Shown one piece after another: positions 37,511 to 46,257 of a DNA stretch of 64,000 bases. A program made the position numbers and the translations under genes. Position 1 is the first letter of the stretch; the number at the start of each line of letters is the position of its first letter. The stretch comes from a virus: IMG/VR virus record IMGVR_UViG_3300036823_000301, positions 10,424 to 74,423 of that record. One strand, given 5' to 3'. The notes below the pieces were generated by a model. The model was not told the DNA's origin. It saw only the letters and a program-made list of their open reading frames with translations, and did not search any database.

Positions 37511-40500
37511 TGCGCACCTCGTGGGCTTACGCGAATGATTCGCGACCCCCCTGTTACCCTGCGCGCGCTTTGTGGATCAGTGACCCGCAATGTTGTGGAC
37601 CTTTCGGTGACCGTGCGCGGCGTTGGCGCAACAGTAACTTGTGCAATCCTTCGATCAGTTGCACGCGGGAATAGTGCCGGTAGCCGCCTAATAAGGGTAT
37701 TGGCCTCCACGACACCGACACCAGCGATTATTGGATAAGCTGCTGATAGCTGGATTGAATCTGCGGCAACGAGACCGGAGCCGTCAATAAATGTCGTTTT
37801 CAAACGTGGTGTAGCGTCGATTAAAACATCGACTTCGCCATCAATCCCTACGCTGGCGGTCAGTGCGTGCGGAATCAGCGAATCGGTTGTGACCGAGCCC
37901 TCAGCGTCGATTTCGCCAGAAGCTGCAAGACGTAAGACACTTTCAGCGGTGACTGAGCCTTCACCGGCGGCCTGACTACCATCAGGCCGCAACGCAGTCG
38001 AACCGGACAACGCAGAGCCAGATGCAGCAATCTCCCCCTGACCCGCCGCCAGATTGATGGTGCCGGTAGACGCTGCACCGGACCCGCTGATGACAATATT
38101 GGCGAACGGTGCGTGAGAGACCGCACCGTTGACGCCGCCAGATCCCACCAAAACGGCTTTGCCATTAAACAGAAGCGACGTTTGGACAGGGGGGATAGTC
38201 CCAGAGCCCGTGATTGTAGCCGCGTCACCGATCGCTGCTTCAGCAGTGACGGTGACGCTGGTCGAGCCGGAGAGTGTGGCTGTGGCGCCCGCGCTGACAA
38301 TTGTCGAGGTGACGTTACCGGTGCCGTTGATCGTGACACCGGCCTGAGCGACCTCTGTAGCACGGGCTTCAACGGCACCGGTAACGTTGACAACGGGTCG
38401 GGCTGTCGGTGTATGGGTGGCGGCGGTAACGACGCTTGCGAACCCTGTAAGGGTCGCCATGCCGGCAGGCATGTGCGTTGCCACGACCGCCCCCGCACCA
38501 GATCCGGCGAGCGCTGCGCGTCCAGCCGACAAGACGATCGCCGATGCAGCCAACTGACCTTGTGGCTGAATGGTGACACTGACTGTACCTGGAATAACAG
38601 CATTGGCGTTGGTTATGCTCCCAACGCCGCCGATTAGCGTCTGGGATTGGGTATCAATCAGGGTAGCGGGGACGTAAATCGATCCTGCGCTTACAATTGA
38701 ACAGGTAGCGAACGAGACTGGAAAAGCCGACGCTGAAGCGGCTCCCACGACAGCGATCAGAATCTGCGCCTGAGTATCGGTCAGCGTCCCGTGCGCGGCT
38801 ACATTACCGGAGCCAACAGCTACGCTAAGAACGTGCGCGATAACGGTGGCTGCTGACTCGACGCTGGTGGTGCCAGTGATCGTCGCTGCCGCAAAGGATT
38901 CCGAGGACAGCGCGCTGGCATTGAAGCTGGTTGAACCAACGATCGTGGTTGTGCCAGCAGCTAGCACAATAGCATCGACGGCAACGCTACCGGTAATCAC
39001 AACGGAGCAGGGATTGGAACCCGCTGCACCGCTTGGGTTAATCCCAACGCTGCCCGAACCGGTGATGCCGACGACACCTGTCGCGACAAGCTGAGTCGCT
39101 GTGACGGCAGCGTTACCCGACCCAGCTATCGAGCTATAAGCAAACTGTTGTGGTAACCCGTTGGCTGCAACGCTACCCAAACCGTTTAGGGTGACGGGAT
39201 TGGTTGCCCAAACCTGTTCGCCACTGCCAGCCCCCAGCCCCACGCCTACAAGTGCGGCCGTCGCGAATGATAAGGGTGTTAGTGCGTTACCACTGACTGT
39301 GGATGCGCCAACTAGTGCTGCCGCATCCAGCGCCAGAACGCTGGCGGTGGTCGTGACTGATCCAGCGGCTATGACCACCCCAGACCCAGCGGACGTGCTG
39401 GCACCAACGGATGTTATGACCGAGCTGGTGCCATTGAGTGTAGCTGTCGCGAACGATTCCGGAATCGTTGTCGCTGAAAGAGCACCGACGCCGGAGACAG
39501 TTGTTGTGGTCAGTTCATCAAGAACAGCCGCGGTTGTTACGGTAGCATTACCAGACAACGCCGCTGTTGTGGCATCAAGCGCGACTGCGGCGACGGTAAC
39601 GGAGCCGGTCCCGGCTGCCGAAGCGTAAGCAAATGATTCCGGCCCGATCGCACTGACGATGACCGAGCTCGCACCTGCAATGATGTCTCCATCAGACGCG
39701 AAAACGATTCGCGTGGCTGTGGTCGCGACATTACCGGACCCAGCTATGCTGGATGTGGAAAGCTGATCAGTAACAGCAACCACAAAGACACTGGCTGCCC
39801 CTGCCAATGACGAGCTTGCGAATGACAGGGGGGCTTGCGAGCTTGGGGTGACTGAACCCGAGCCAGCGATTAGGCTAGCATTCGCCGCAAAGATCTGAGT
39901 CGCGACCGCTGTGACATTGCCAGAGGTTGCAAACGTGGCTCCGGCAAACGATTCCGGCCCGATCGCATTGATGGAGACGCTGCCAGAGCCAGCAATCAGA
40001 TCGACATTAGGCGCGAAAACGATTTGCGTTGGAGTTGCTGTGGAACTACCGGAACCGGCGATCGTAGCAGTCGTCAGCTGATCAGTAACAGATGCAACGG
40101 CAACACTGCCCGCCCCTATGAGCGCTGCTGTCGCGAAAGACAGGGGAAGCAGCGCTGCGGCAGTGACTGATCCTGTCGCTGCCGCATTGACGACACCAAG
40201 CACAATCTCTGTGCCAGCTACTGCCACGTTGCCAGTGACAGTGAGCGTCGCAGAACCGGCCGTAGCTGGGGGTGTTGGGGTAGCTGTGACTGAGCCCGCC
40301 CCTATGAGCGCTGCTGTCGCGAAAGACAGGGGAAGCAGCGCTGCGGCAGTGACTGATCCTGTCGCTGCAATCCCGGCGGTTCCCGTCAGAACCTGGGTGA
40401 GTTTGATGAAGCCGGTTGCCCCAACACCACCGGCTGCGGTCGAACCATATCGCGTGCCACCGCCGCCACCACCCGGCCAGCCGCCGCCACCAGCCGTGCC

Positions 40501-41901
40501 AGTTGTCGAAGTACCGCCACCGCCACCAGATCCACCGCGACTGTCGCTCTTACCGACTGTGTTGGCAGCGCTTCCGGTTACAGTTGCCCCATCCGCACTC
40601 CCCCCTGTCGCCCCCGTCGCTGATGATGTTGTCGCTCCGGCCCCAGCGGCGCCCTCCCGTCCAGCCGTGCCGGCACCTGATGCGCCACCCCTGGCGGATG
40701 TTGTGCCGCCTGCACCACCCGCAGCACCAACTGTGTTGGTGTCGCCACCCGATCCGGCCGCGCCCGCTGCACCAGCCGACGCACCCGCTGCACCACTATG
40801 ACCACCATTCGCGACAACGGTTCCGGCTGCCGTGGAGGTGCCTGTAGCGGCGCCAATGACGGCAGCGATCGTGCTGCCAGCAGTGACCGCGAGGAAATTC
40901 TTCCGTGTGTAGCCCGATGATCCGCCACCCGATCCTGATGACGTGCTTGTGCCCGGTCCACCATTACCGCCACCGCCCCAAACTTCAACCGTCGCGATGT
41001 TTGATGTCCAAGTTGCAGGAATGTTGATGCTGGTGACACCACCCAGCACGAACACTTGGTCAGGGGCATTTCCCACCCAACTGATCTTGATGCCACCGTA
41101 GCCGCCGCGTCCGATGTTGGCTGAACCTGTTGGCCCAGTTCGATCGGACCCGCCACCGCCTGGATTGCCGCCGGCCGAACCATTTATTTCTAGGGTGCCG
41201 TTGTTGCCAGAACCACCAGCTCCACCACCGCCGTTGTCGTAATCATCATCGCCAGCACCGCCGGATGCTGAACCGGCGGTCGCGCCAGATCCGCCGCCAC
41301 CACCACCGCCTGGAGCTGTACCGACACCACCGACGACGCTTGCCCCTGTTCCCCCTGTTCCCCCACCGGTGCCACCGCCGTTACCACCTGCGGTTGCAGT
41401 TCCTCCGCTACCCGTTCCTCCAGATGCTGACGCGCCTCCGCCGCCACCGCCACCGGTTGTGGCACCTGTCCCGCCCCCTCCGTCGCCGCCGGTCGATCCA
41501 ATTCCGCCAGGGCCGCCTGCGCCACCACCACCACCGACGCCGTTGTTGGTGCCGTTGACACCATTGAGGCCACCGGCTCCGCCAGCAAACGTGGTTGTGC
41601 CGACGCGGGTCGTACCAGAGCCACCGCCATTGGCCAGGATGGTGGCAGTCGTATTGAACCACGTGTCACCCCCTGATTGCGCTGACGTGGTGCCAGGGGT
41701 GCCCAAGGAGAAAGGAATCGCTGTGCCGGCGGTCAGCGATTGGTTGGAAATTGTCGCATAACCGCCACCAGTACCGCCGTTGCCGGTGTTATCATCACCG
41801 GCCTCGCCTGCGCCCCAGCATTCGACCTTCGCCGCCGATGTCACGGTGAAACGGGGCGTGAACAATCCGGTACCAGAACCGATGATGTAAACGGTGGTCA
41901 A
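37507..41901 (-). CDS. Large fibre protein: two glycine-rich domains and long ~24-aa Ala/Gly/Ser/Thr repeats
   Basis: VECWGAG / VEVWGGGG...GG.G.IK glycine-rich domains; SFATA.L.G.GSV repeats. Start placed at TTG 41901 after GAGG. Confidence 0.8.
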   Translation of the reverse strand: MTTVYIIGSGTGLFTPRFTVTSAAKVECWGAGEAGDDNTGNGGTGGGYATISNQSLTAGTAIPFSLGTPGTTSAQSGGDTWFNTTATILANGGGSGTTRVGTTTFAGGAGGLNGVNGTNNGVGGGGGAGGPGGIGSTGGDGGGGTGATTGGGGGGGASASGGTGSGGTATAGGNGGGTGGGTGGTGASVVGGVGTAPGGGGGGGSGATAGSASGGAGDDDYDNGGGGAGGSGNNGTLEINGSAGGNPGGGGSDRTGPTGSANIGRGGYGGIKISWVGNAPDQVFVLGGVTSINIPATWTSNIATVEVWGGGGNGGPGTSTSSGSGGGSSGYTRKNFLAVTAGSTIAAVIGAATGTSTAAGTVVANGGHSGAAGASAGAAGAAGSGGDTNTVGAAGGAGGTTSARGGASGAGTAGREGAAGAGATTSSATGATGGSADGATVTGSAANTVGKSDSRGGSGGGGGTSTTGTAGGGGWPGGGGGGTRYGSTAAGGVGATGFIKLTQVLTGTAGIAATGSVTAAALLPLSFATAALIGAGSVTATPTPPATAGSATLTVTGNVAVAGTEIVLGVVNAAATGSVTAAALLPLSFATAALIGAGSVAVASVTDQLTTATIAGSGSSTATPTQIVFAPNVDLIAGSGSVSINAIGPESFAGATFATSGNVTAVATQIFAANASLIAGSGSVTPSSQAPLSFASSSLAGAASVFVVAVTDQLSTSSIAGSGNVATTATRIVFASDGDIIAGASSVIVSAIGPESFAYASAAGTGSVTVAAVALDATTAALSGNATVTTAAVLDELTTTTVSGVGALSATTIPESFATATLNGTSSVITSVGASTSAGSGVVIAAGSVTTTASVLALDAAALVGASTVSGNALTPLSFATAALVGVGLGAGSGEQVWATNPVTLNGLGSVAANGLPQQFAYSSIAGSGNAAVTATQLVATGVVGITGSGSVGINPSGAAGSNPCSVVITGSVAVDAIVLAAGTTTIVGSTSFNASALSSESFAAATITGTTSVESAATVIAHVLSVAVGSGNVAAHGTLTDTQAQILIAVVGAASASAFPVSFATCSIVSAGSIYVPATLIDTQSQTLIGGVGSITNANAVIPGTVSVTIQPQGQLAASAIVLSAGRAALAGSGAGAVVATHMPAGMATLTGFASVVTAATHTPTARPVVNVTGAVEARATEVAQAGVTINGTGNVTSTIVSAGATATLSGSTSVTVTAEAAIGDAATITGSGTIPPVQTSLLFNGKAVLVGSGGVNGAVSHAPFANIVISGSGAASTGTINLAAGQGEIAASGSALSGSTALRPDGSQAAGEGSVTAESVLRLAASGEIDAEGSVTTDSLIPHALTASVGIDGEVDVLIDATPRLKTTFIDGSGLVAADSIQLSAAYPIIAGVGVVEANTLIRRLPALFPRATDRRIAQVTVAPTPRTVTERSTTLRVTDPQSARRVTGGSRIIRVSPRGAQ
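40108..40368. repeat. Exact 75-bp direct repeat (40108-40182 and 40294-40368)
   Basis: GCCCGCCCCTATGAGCGCT...GATCCTGTCGCTGC twice; equals one 25-codon unit. Confidence 0.9.
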
Positions 41902-41991
41902 CGCTACCTCGCTATAGCTGCGAAGGTAACACGGCAAGCAGCCGCAAGAGCCGTTTTATCGGCCCTTACGGCTACAAGGGAATTGGCCTCG

Positions 41992-42661
41992 TTAGCTCAA
42001 AGTGATCGTCAACGCTCCGCTCGCAATGACCAGCGAGTCTCCAATTCCTAAAGTTCTCACGGTTGAAAGCAAACCGTACCAAAGATAAGAACCATTAGTG
42101 CTGGAGGCAGTATCCCAAATTGAAATACCAGATACAGAGCATGCACCGGACACCGGGCCGAAGGTCATGGCCACCGTATTGGAGGCAGAACCGGCAGGCG
42201 AGGCGGCAGGGGCAAACGACACAGTTTGCCGCGTGATACCAGACCCCAGAGCGATTTCTGAAGCTGATACCGAAGACGGCGAACCCAACGAAATATTGAC
42301 ACCCATTGCACCAGGGCGCGTTGGAGTCGCCCCGAGCAGAACCCAATCAAGCATCCTATGTGTTCGCGACAGGCCGTTAATCCTATCACCGCTCTTTCGA
42401 GCTGCTGCATATCCCTATGCAGAGCAGATCATGTCATCACCCATTGCATCAAATGGGGCCGGGCGCTTCCACTCACTTGAGTGTACTCCCTCGCGGGATG
42501 ATCGTTGCACCTTCCGTCTTGCGACGGCTTGGCTCAAAGTTAACCGTTCTGGTACTTCTTTGAGTTCACCCGGTTCTTCGATAGATTTCTCAATCTAAAG
42601 GGCCAAAACTCATTCGTTACGGAGTCTTTGCCTTTTGGGCATACGTGCTGATACCAGCCAC
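41992..42661 (-). CDS. Small fibre-associated structural protein, spliced: join(42661-42630, 42355-41992), ~131 aa
   Basis: AGGAG RBS + GTG gives MAGISTYAQKA, which joins MLDWVLLGATPTRP...GDSLVIASGALTITLS and restores the S.Y.....LD N-terminus I recall for this family. Confidence 0.82.
42356..42629 (-). ncRNA. ORF-less group I self-splicing intron (~274 nt; boundaries +/-1 nt)
   Basis: On - strand: P2 TAGATT-GAGA-AATCTA; P3 CCGGGTG/CGCCCGG; P4 CTCAAAG/CTTTGAG; P6a CCGTC-GCAA-GACGG; R GGTGCAACGATCA and S GACATGATCTG forming P7; P7.1 TCCC-GCGA-GGGA; P7.2 CACTC-AAGT-GAGTG; P8 CCCATT/AATGGG; three P9 hairpins; terminal G. Confidence 0.88.
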
Positions 42662-42754
42662 CGATTTATACTCCTAATTTAAGTTGACGGCACCATCTCC
42701 GACGCGCTCTTCTGACGATGCTCATCAATTAGAAGCGGTTGAAGATTTATATGA

Positions 42755-43906
42755 TCAAGCACGATCAAGCGCTGACCAATCTGAAATCGGCAAACCGGTC
42801 ACAACATTGACCCCTGGCGAACAGATCCGAAGATCTTTCACCATACGACCATTTGCGCGAAGATGTAAAAGACCTTTGGCAACTAGAAGAATAGTTTCAA
42901 CACTAATATCAGAGATGCACGCTGCCCCTGTATTATCCTTGTTCGGGAAACATGTCTCAGGGGTGTCATGTAACTTATGACAACTGTGACAAGGCACTCT
43001 AATCTTGTCTGCTTCAAGCGTAACTGTATTTACCCAATGTTTCGTTATATTTTCCGCGGATGCGTGAGATATCATAAGGATCTTTGGTATTGACTCCATG
43101 CCTACGGACCATTGCGGTCCCGTATCAGGGCCTATCATGAGATCGCACTGCTGACATTGAGTCAACGAACGTCTAATCGGCCAGCTCGGATCGGCTGGAT
43201 CAGGGGAGAGCGCGAGATGCAGTCCGTCATCGCTACCATTTTGACGTTGTACGTGCTCCTGAATCGTTTTCGCAATTTCGAAGTCTTTGCCCGGTGCACC
43301 GAACATGATGACTGGGGTATTGAGCTCTCTAATAAGCCTAGCAATAGCCATGGCCGAATACGGATACAACTTATCATGGCGGGAACCAGAAATACACCAC
43401 CCGATGACTCGATCGCCGACTTTTCGTTTGGTGTCAAGCGCTTTTTCTATTTCCTCATCAGTTGGATAGAATCGAGGCCCGATTGTAAAGTCGTGAGGCA
43501 CCTCACAGACATCGTGCACCATTTCGATATAGCTCTTGCCACACATTTTGCGACGCACCGACGACGGCCAATAAAACTGCGTTTGAGCAGGGATAAGTGC
43601 GAGGGTGCTCTCACAGGTGTGGCTCAAGTTGACAAATTTCGTGAATTCGCCTGACCGCCCTACGAACCAGCGCTGCCATTCCAAGATTCCCCCTTGCGGT
43701 GTGCCGATCTCCCCTGACTTCTTGACCGACAGCTTGTCAATGTAGGGATTGTTTTCAAACACGACATGATGCGGCTCTTGCGCGATAACTTCCAGGTTGT
43801 AATCCTGCGCGATCAGGGGGAACGCGGATGAGCACATCAGATTGTCACCTATGGAGCCGAGCCGCACGACACCATACCAGCCCTTCGGTTTGCGAATGAT
43901 TCCCAC
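42755..43906 (-). CDS. Glycosyltransferase family 9 (heptosyltransferase-like)
   Basis: RLGSIGD, NNPYID, K.YP, IGPDTGP and PCHSC...C...CISDI motifs. Confidence 0.85.
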   Translation of the reverse strand: MGIIRKPKGWYGVVRLGSIGDNLMCSSAFPLIAQDYNLEVIAQEPHHVVFENNPYIDKLSVKKSGEIGTPQGGILEWQRWFVGRSGEFTKFVNLSHTCESTLALIPAQTQFYWPSSVRRKMCGKSYIEMVHDVCEVPHDFTIGPRFYPTDEEIEKALDTKRKVGDRVIGWCISGSRHDKLYPYSAMAIARLIRELNTPVIMFGAPGKDFEIAKTIQEHVQRQNGSDDGLHLALSPDPADPSWPIRRSLTQCQQCDLMIGPDTGPQWSVGMESIPKILMISHASAENITKHWVNTVTLEADKIRVPCHSCHKLHDTPETCFPNKDNTGAACISDISVETILLVAKGLLHLRANGRMVKDLRICSPGVNVVTGLPISDWSALDRA

Positions 43907-43920
43907 TTAATTTGTATCTT

Positions 43921-46257
43921 TCAAGGTGATGCGAATGCGATTGACGGACCCCAGTCACTGGTTCCAGCGCTGGTGATGACTTGAACTTGCGCGAGGTAAA
44001 AATCGCCAGATACGGCGCCAGACAGCGAAAGCTGCCAAGTTGTTGAGCTCGTCTGTGTAGGACTTGAAATGAATGTAGCATAACCGGGTGATAGAGAATC
44101 AAACGTCCAACGAAAGTTGAATGTTGGAGTTCCTGTCCCAACCCATGTCCAGGCTATCAGCGGCTTTCCAGCAGTTCCTCCAGCTAAATGGACATTTGTA
44201 GGAACTGGAATGATTGTGAAAACAGGTCTTGTTGTAAATGGGCTCGTCGTAAACGGTCCGTATGTCTGCGACGTCGGTCCCGTCCCCTGTGCATTTGTTG
44301 CCTGGACCTGGAACCATACTGGGATGCTGTCAAATGACGCCGACACAAGATAATTTGTTAACGCTTGAAAATTGACGACACCCCAGCCTGTGCACGCATC
44401 CCACCCGTTGTTAACAACAGGATAGCCTGGAGATCCATTGCTACTATTATTCGTGCCACTACCGGATTGCGTACCGATATCGCGAATGGTTAATAAAAAC
44501 GGAATTGGGTCATTAACCTGAGCCCATACAGAGTTTGCATCACCAGGAGATTTTTCATAAAATAAGCCAGAACTGTTCTGTTGAAAAAGCAAATCAATGG
44601 GCGGGCTCATGTATAATAAATACACGACGTTTGCTGTTGTCGCATCCACGGTCCCATGGTTTGCGATTTGCAAACCATTATTTGCTGACGTAACGAGGCT
44701 AAAAACATTACCGTGGGTGTCAGTAATATTGACACCGGCCCCATTAGCCGCTTGCGCGTTCCACAGACCTTGTTGAATATGATATATTGTTGGATTAAGA
44801 AACCCCAACGGACGCCCCAACGCTTGCATGACTCTGGCAAGGCAACCGGCATACTGCGGTGCTGTCACACTAGTTCCACCAATCACACCGAACGCGCCGT
44901 TAACTTCGGTATTGTAACCGCTGAATGAGCTAGCATTCCCTGCTACATCAGGCATTCCACGCCCTATAAAACCAAAATCCGACTGTGCTGGCATATTTGG
45001 GACGTAGATCGTCTGATAAGTAGGTCGTGGAAAAATTCTGCTTATGCCACCCCCTGTCGCACCGATACTATTTGGGTTATCGTTCCAAACCCATTCAGTG
45101 AATGTCGGATATTGACCGGTGCCGATGCTAGCGACTGTGGTCCCACCTGTATTTAAGATCCAAGGGCTGCCACAAGGATAAGCTATCCAATTTTCCGTTG
45201 TTGATGGAAAGTAATTTGAAGATCCTTCATCACCAACAGCAGAGATGATTGTCACCCCAATAAGTGCAGCGTCCTCATGATAAGTCTCACATGCATTAAA
45301 AAAGGGAATGTATGTATTCTGTTCAAAATCTTCCGTAAAAACACTTGATATTGAAAATAGAGTTACAACAGGATCACCTGGATTGGGATGCAACATTCGT
45401 GCAAGCAACTCTGGATAATTTTCAGCTGAGCGATCAGCAAAATAAATCGCTAAAGTTTTCACACCTCCGGAAAATCCCAAGATCATAACATTATCGACGT
45501 TACCTTCTCCAGCATCTCCACTATTTGGATCAGATCCATTTGTGCTCCCATCGACAGACACGAACACTGTGCTCGTCGTCGTGCCAGCAGAAGCTAAACC
45601 CCAATTGTTCAAAGTATTTTGAATTTCTGTAGCATTCTGAAGCCAACCATAAAGACCAATAACTTGCTGATTAGCGCTTGTTGTCAATCCGCTGTAAATC
45701 CCAGATATCTGTTGTGGTGTAAATGAAACACCATTAGGTAGATCGGCTGGAGGAACTGTAGCGCGAACAGCTTTATATTCTGTATGCACACCGAGAATCG
45801 CATGCAGCATCGGATGAATATGGTCCGGAACGTGAAATCCCGTATGCGTCCGAAATTTGTAGCGGCCTAACCTTGGGTGTTCCTTTTCATAATGATGAAT
45901 TTCAGTATGAAATGCCTTTTCCAACTGATCGACCGAAGCGTTAACGACAACCATACGGCGGGAGCCGTGTGATTCACACCAACTGAAGCCAGATGCTTTA
46001 CAGAAACTCTCTATCGCTCTGATCTCATCAGGATGAGCACCATACTTCTGTTGAAAGTCCGGATCTTGCCGTGTCCGAGGTGGGCAGCCCAAGAACTCAT
46101 AAAACTCCGGAATCGGATCGTGCCCCGGCCGACGGCGAAGGTGAAACTTCACACGGATAGATTCATCTTTAGGGGCACGGCCGACATAAGTCGTCCTCGC
46201 AGGATCAGGGGGGAACCTATGCGCTGGGGCTAAAGCTTTGTATCCGATAGGGGGCAT
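43921..46257 (-). CDS. Sedolisin (S53) serine peptidase with propeptide, inserted Trp-module and C-terminal FN3 elements
   Basis: Propeptide, E...D (GEGNVD), AVGDEGS, GGTT, RGMPDVAGNA, GGTS, GWDACTGWG. Start at TAATG overlap (the ORF track starts at 46278). Confidence 0.9.
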   Translation of the reverse strand: MPPIGYKALAPAHRFPPDPARTTYVGRAPKDESIRVKFHLRRRPGHDPIPEFYEFLGCPPRTRQDPDFQQKYGAHPDEIRAIESFCKASGFSWCESHGSRRMVVVNASVDQLEKAFHTEIHHYEKEHPRLGRYKFRTHTGFHVPDHIHPMLHAILGVHTEYKAVRATVPPADLPNGVSFTPQQISGIYSGLTTSANQQVIGLYGWLQNATEIQNTLNNWGLASAGTTTSTVFVSVDGSTNGSDPNSGDAGEGNVDNVMILGFSGGVKTLAIYFADRSAENYPELLARMLHPNPGDPVVTLFSISSVFTEDFEQNTYIPFFNACETYHEDAALIGVTIISAVGDEGSSNYFPSTTENWIAYPCGSPWILNTGGTTVASIGTGQYPTFTEWVWNDNPNSIGATGGGISRIFPRPTYQTIYVPNMPAQSDFGFIGRGMPDVAGNASSFSGYNTEVNGAFGVIGGTSVTAPQYAGCLARVMQALGRPLGFLNPTIYHIQQGLWNAQAANGAGVNITDTHGNVFSLVTSANNGLQIANHGTVDATTANVVYLLYMSPPIDLLFQQNSSGLFYEKSPGDANSVWAQVNDPIPFLLTIRDIGTQSGSGTNNSSNGSPGYPVVNNGWDACTGWGVVNFQALTNYLVSASFDSIPVWFQVQATNAQGTGPTSQTYGPFTTSPFTTRPVFTIIPVPTNVHLAGGTAGKPLIAWTWVGTGTPTFNFRWTFDSLSPGYATFISSPTQTSSTTWQLSLSGAVSGDFYLAQVQVITSAGTSDWGPSIAFASP

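Noticed and set aside
40108-40368. DGR template/variable repeat pair
   Set aside because: The copies are identical, in frame within one gene, show no adenine-specific differences, and no reverse transcriptase is in the window.
33075-42598. Many + strand ORFs over the fibre genes (e.g. 35490-36086, 40118-40801, 42098-42598)
   Set aside because: Antisense shadows of Ala/Gly/Thr-rich genes or of the intron; no independent motifs.
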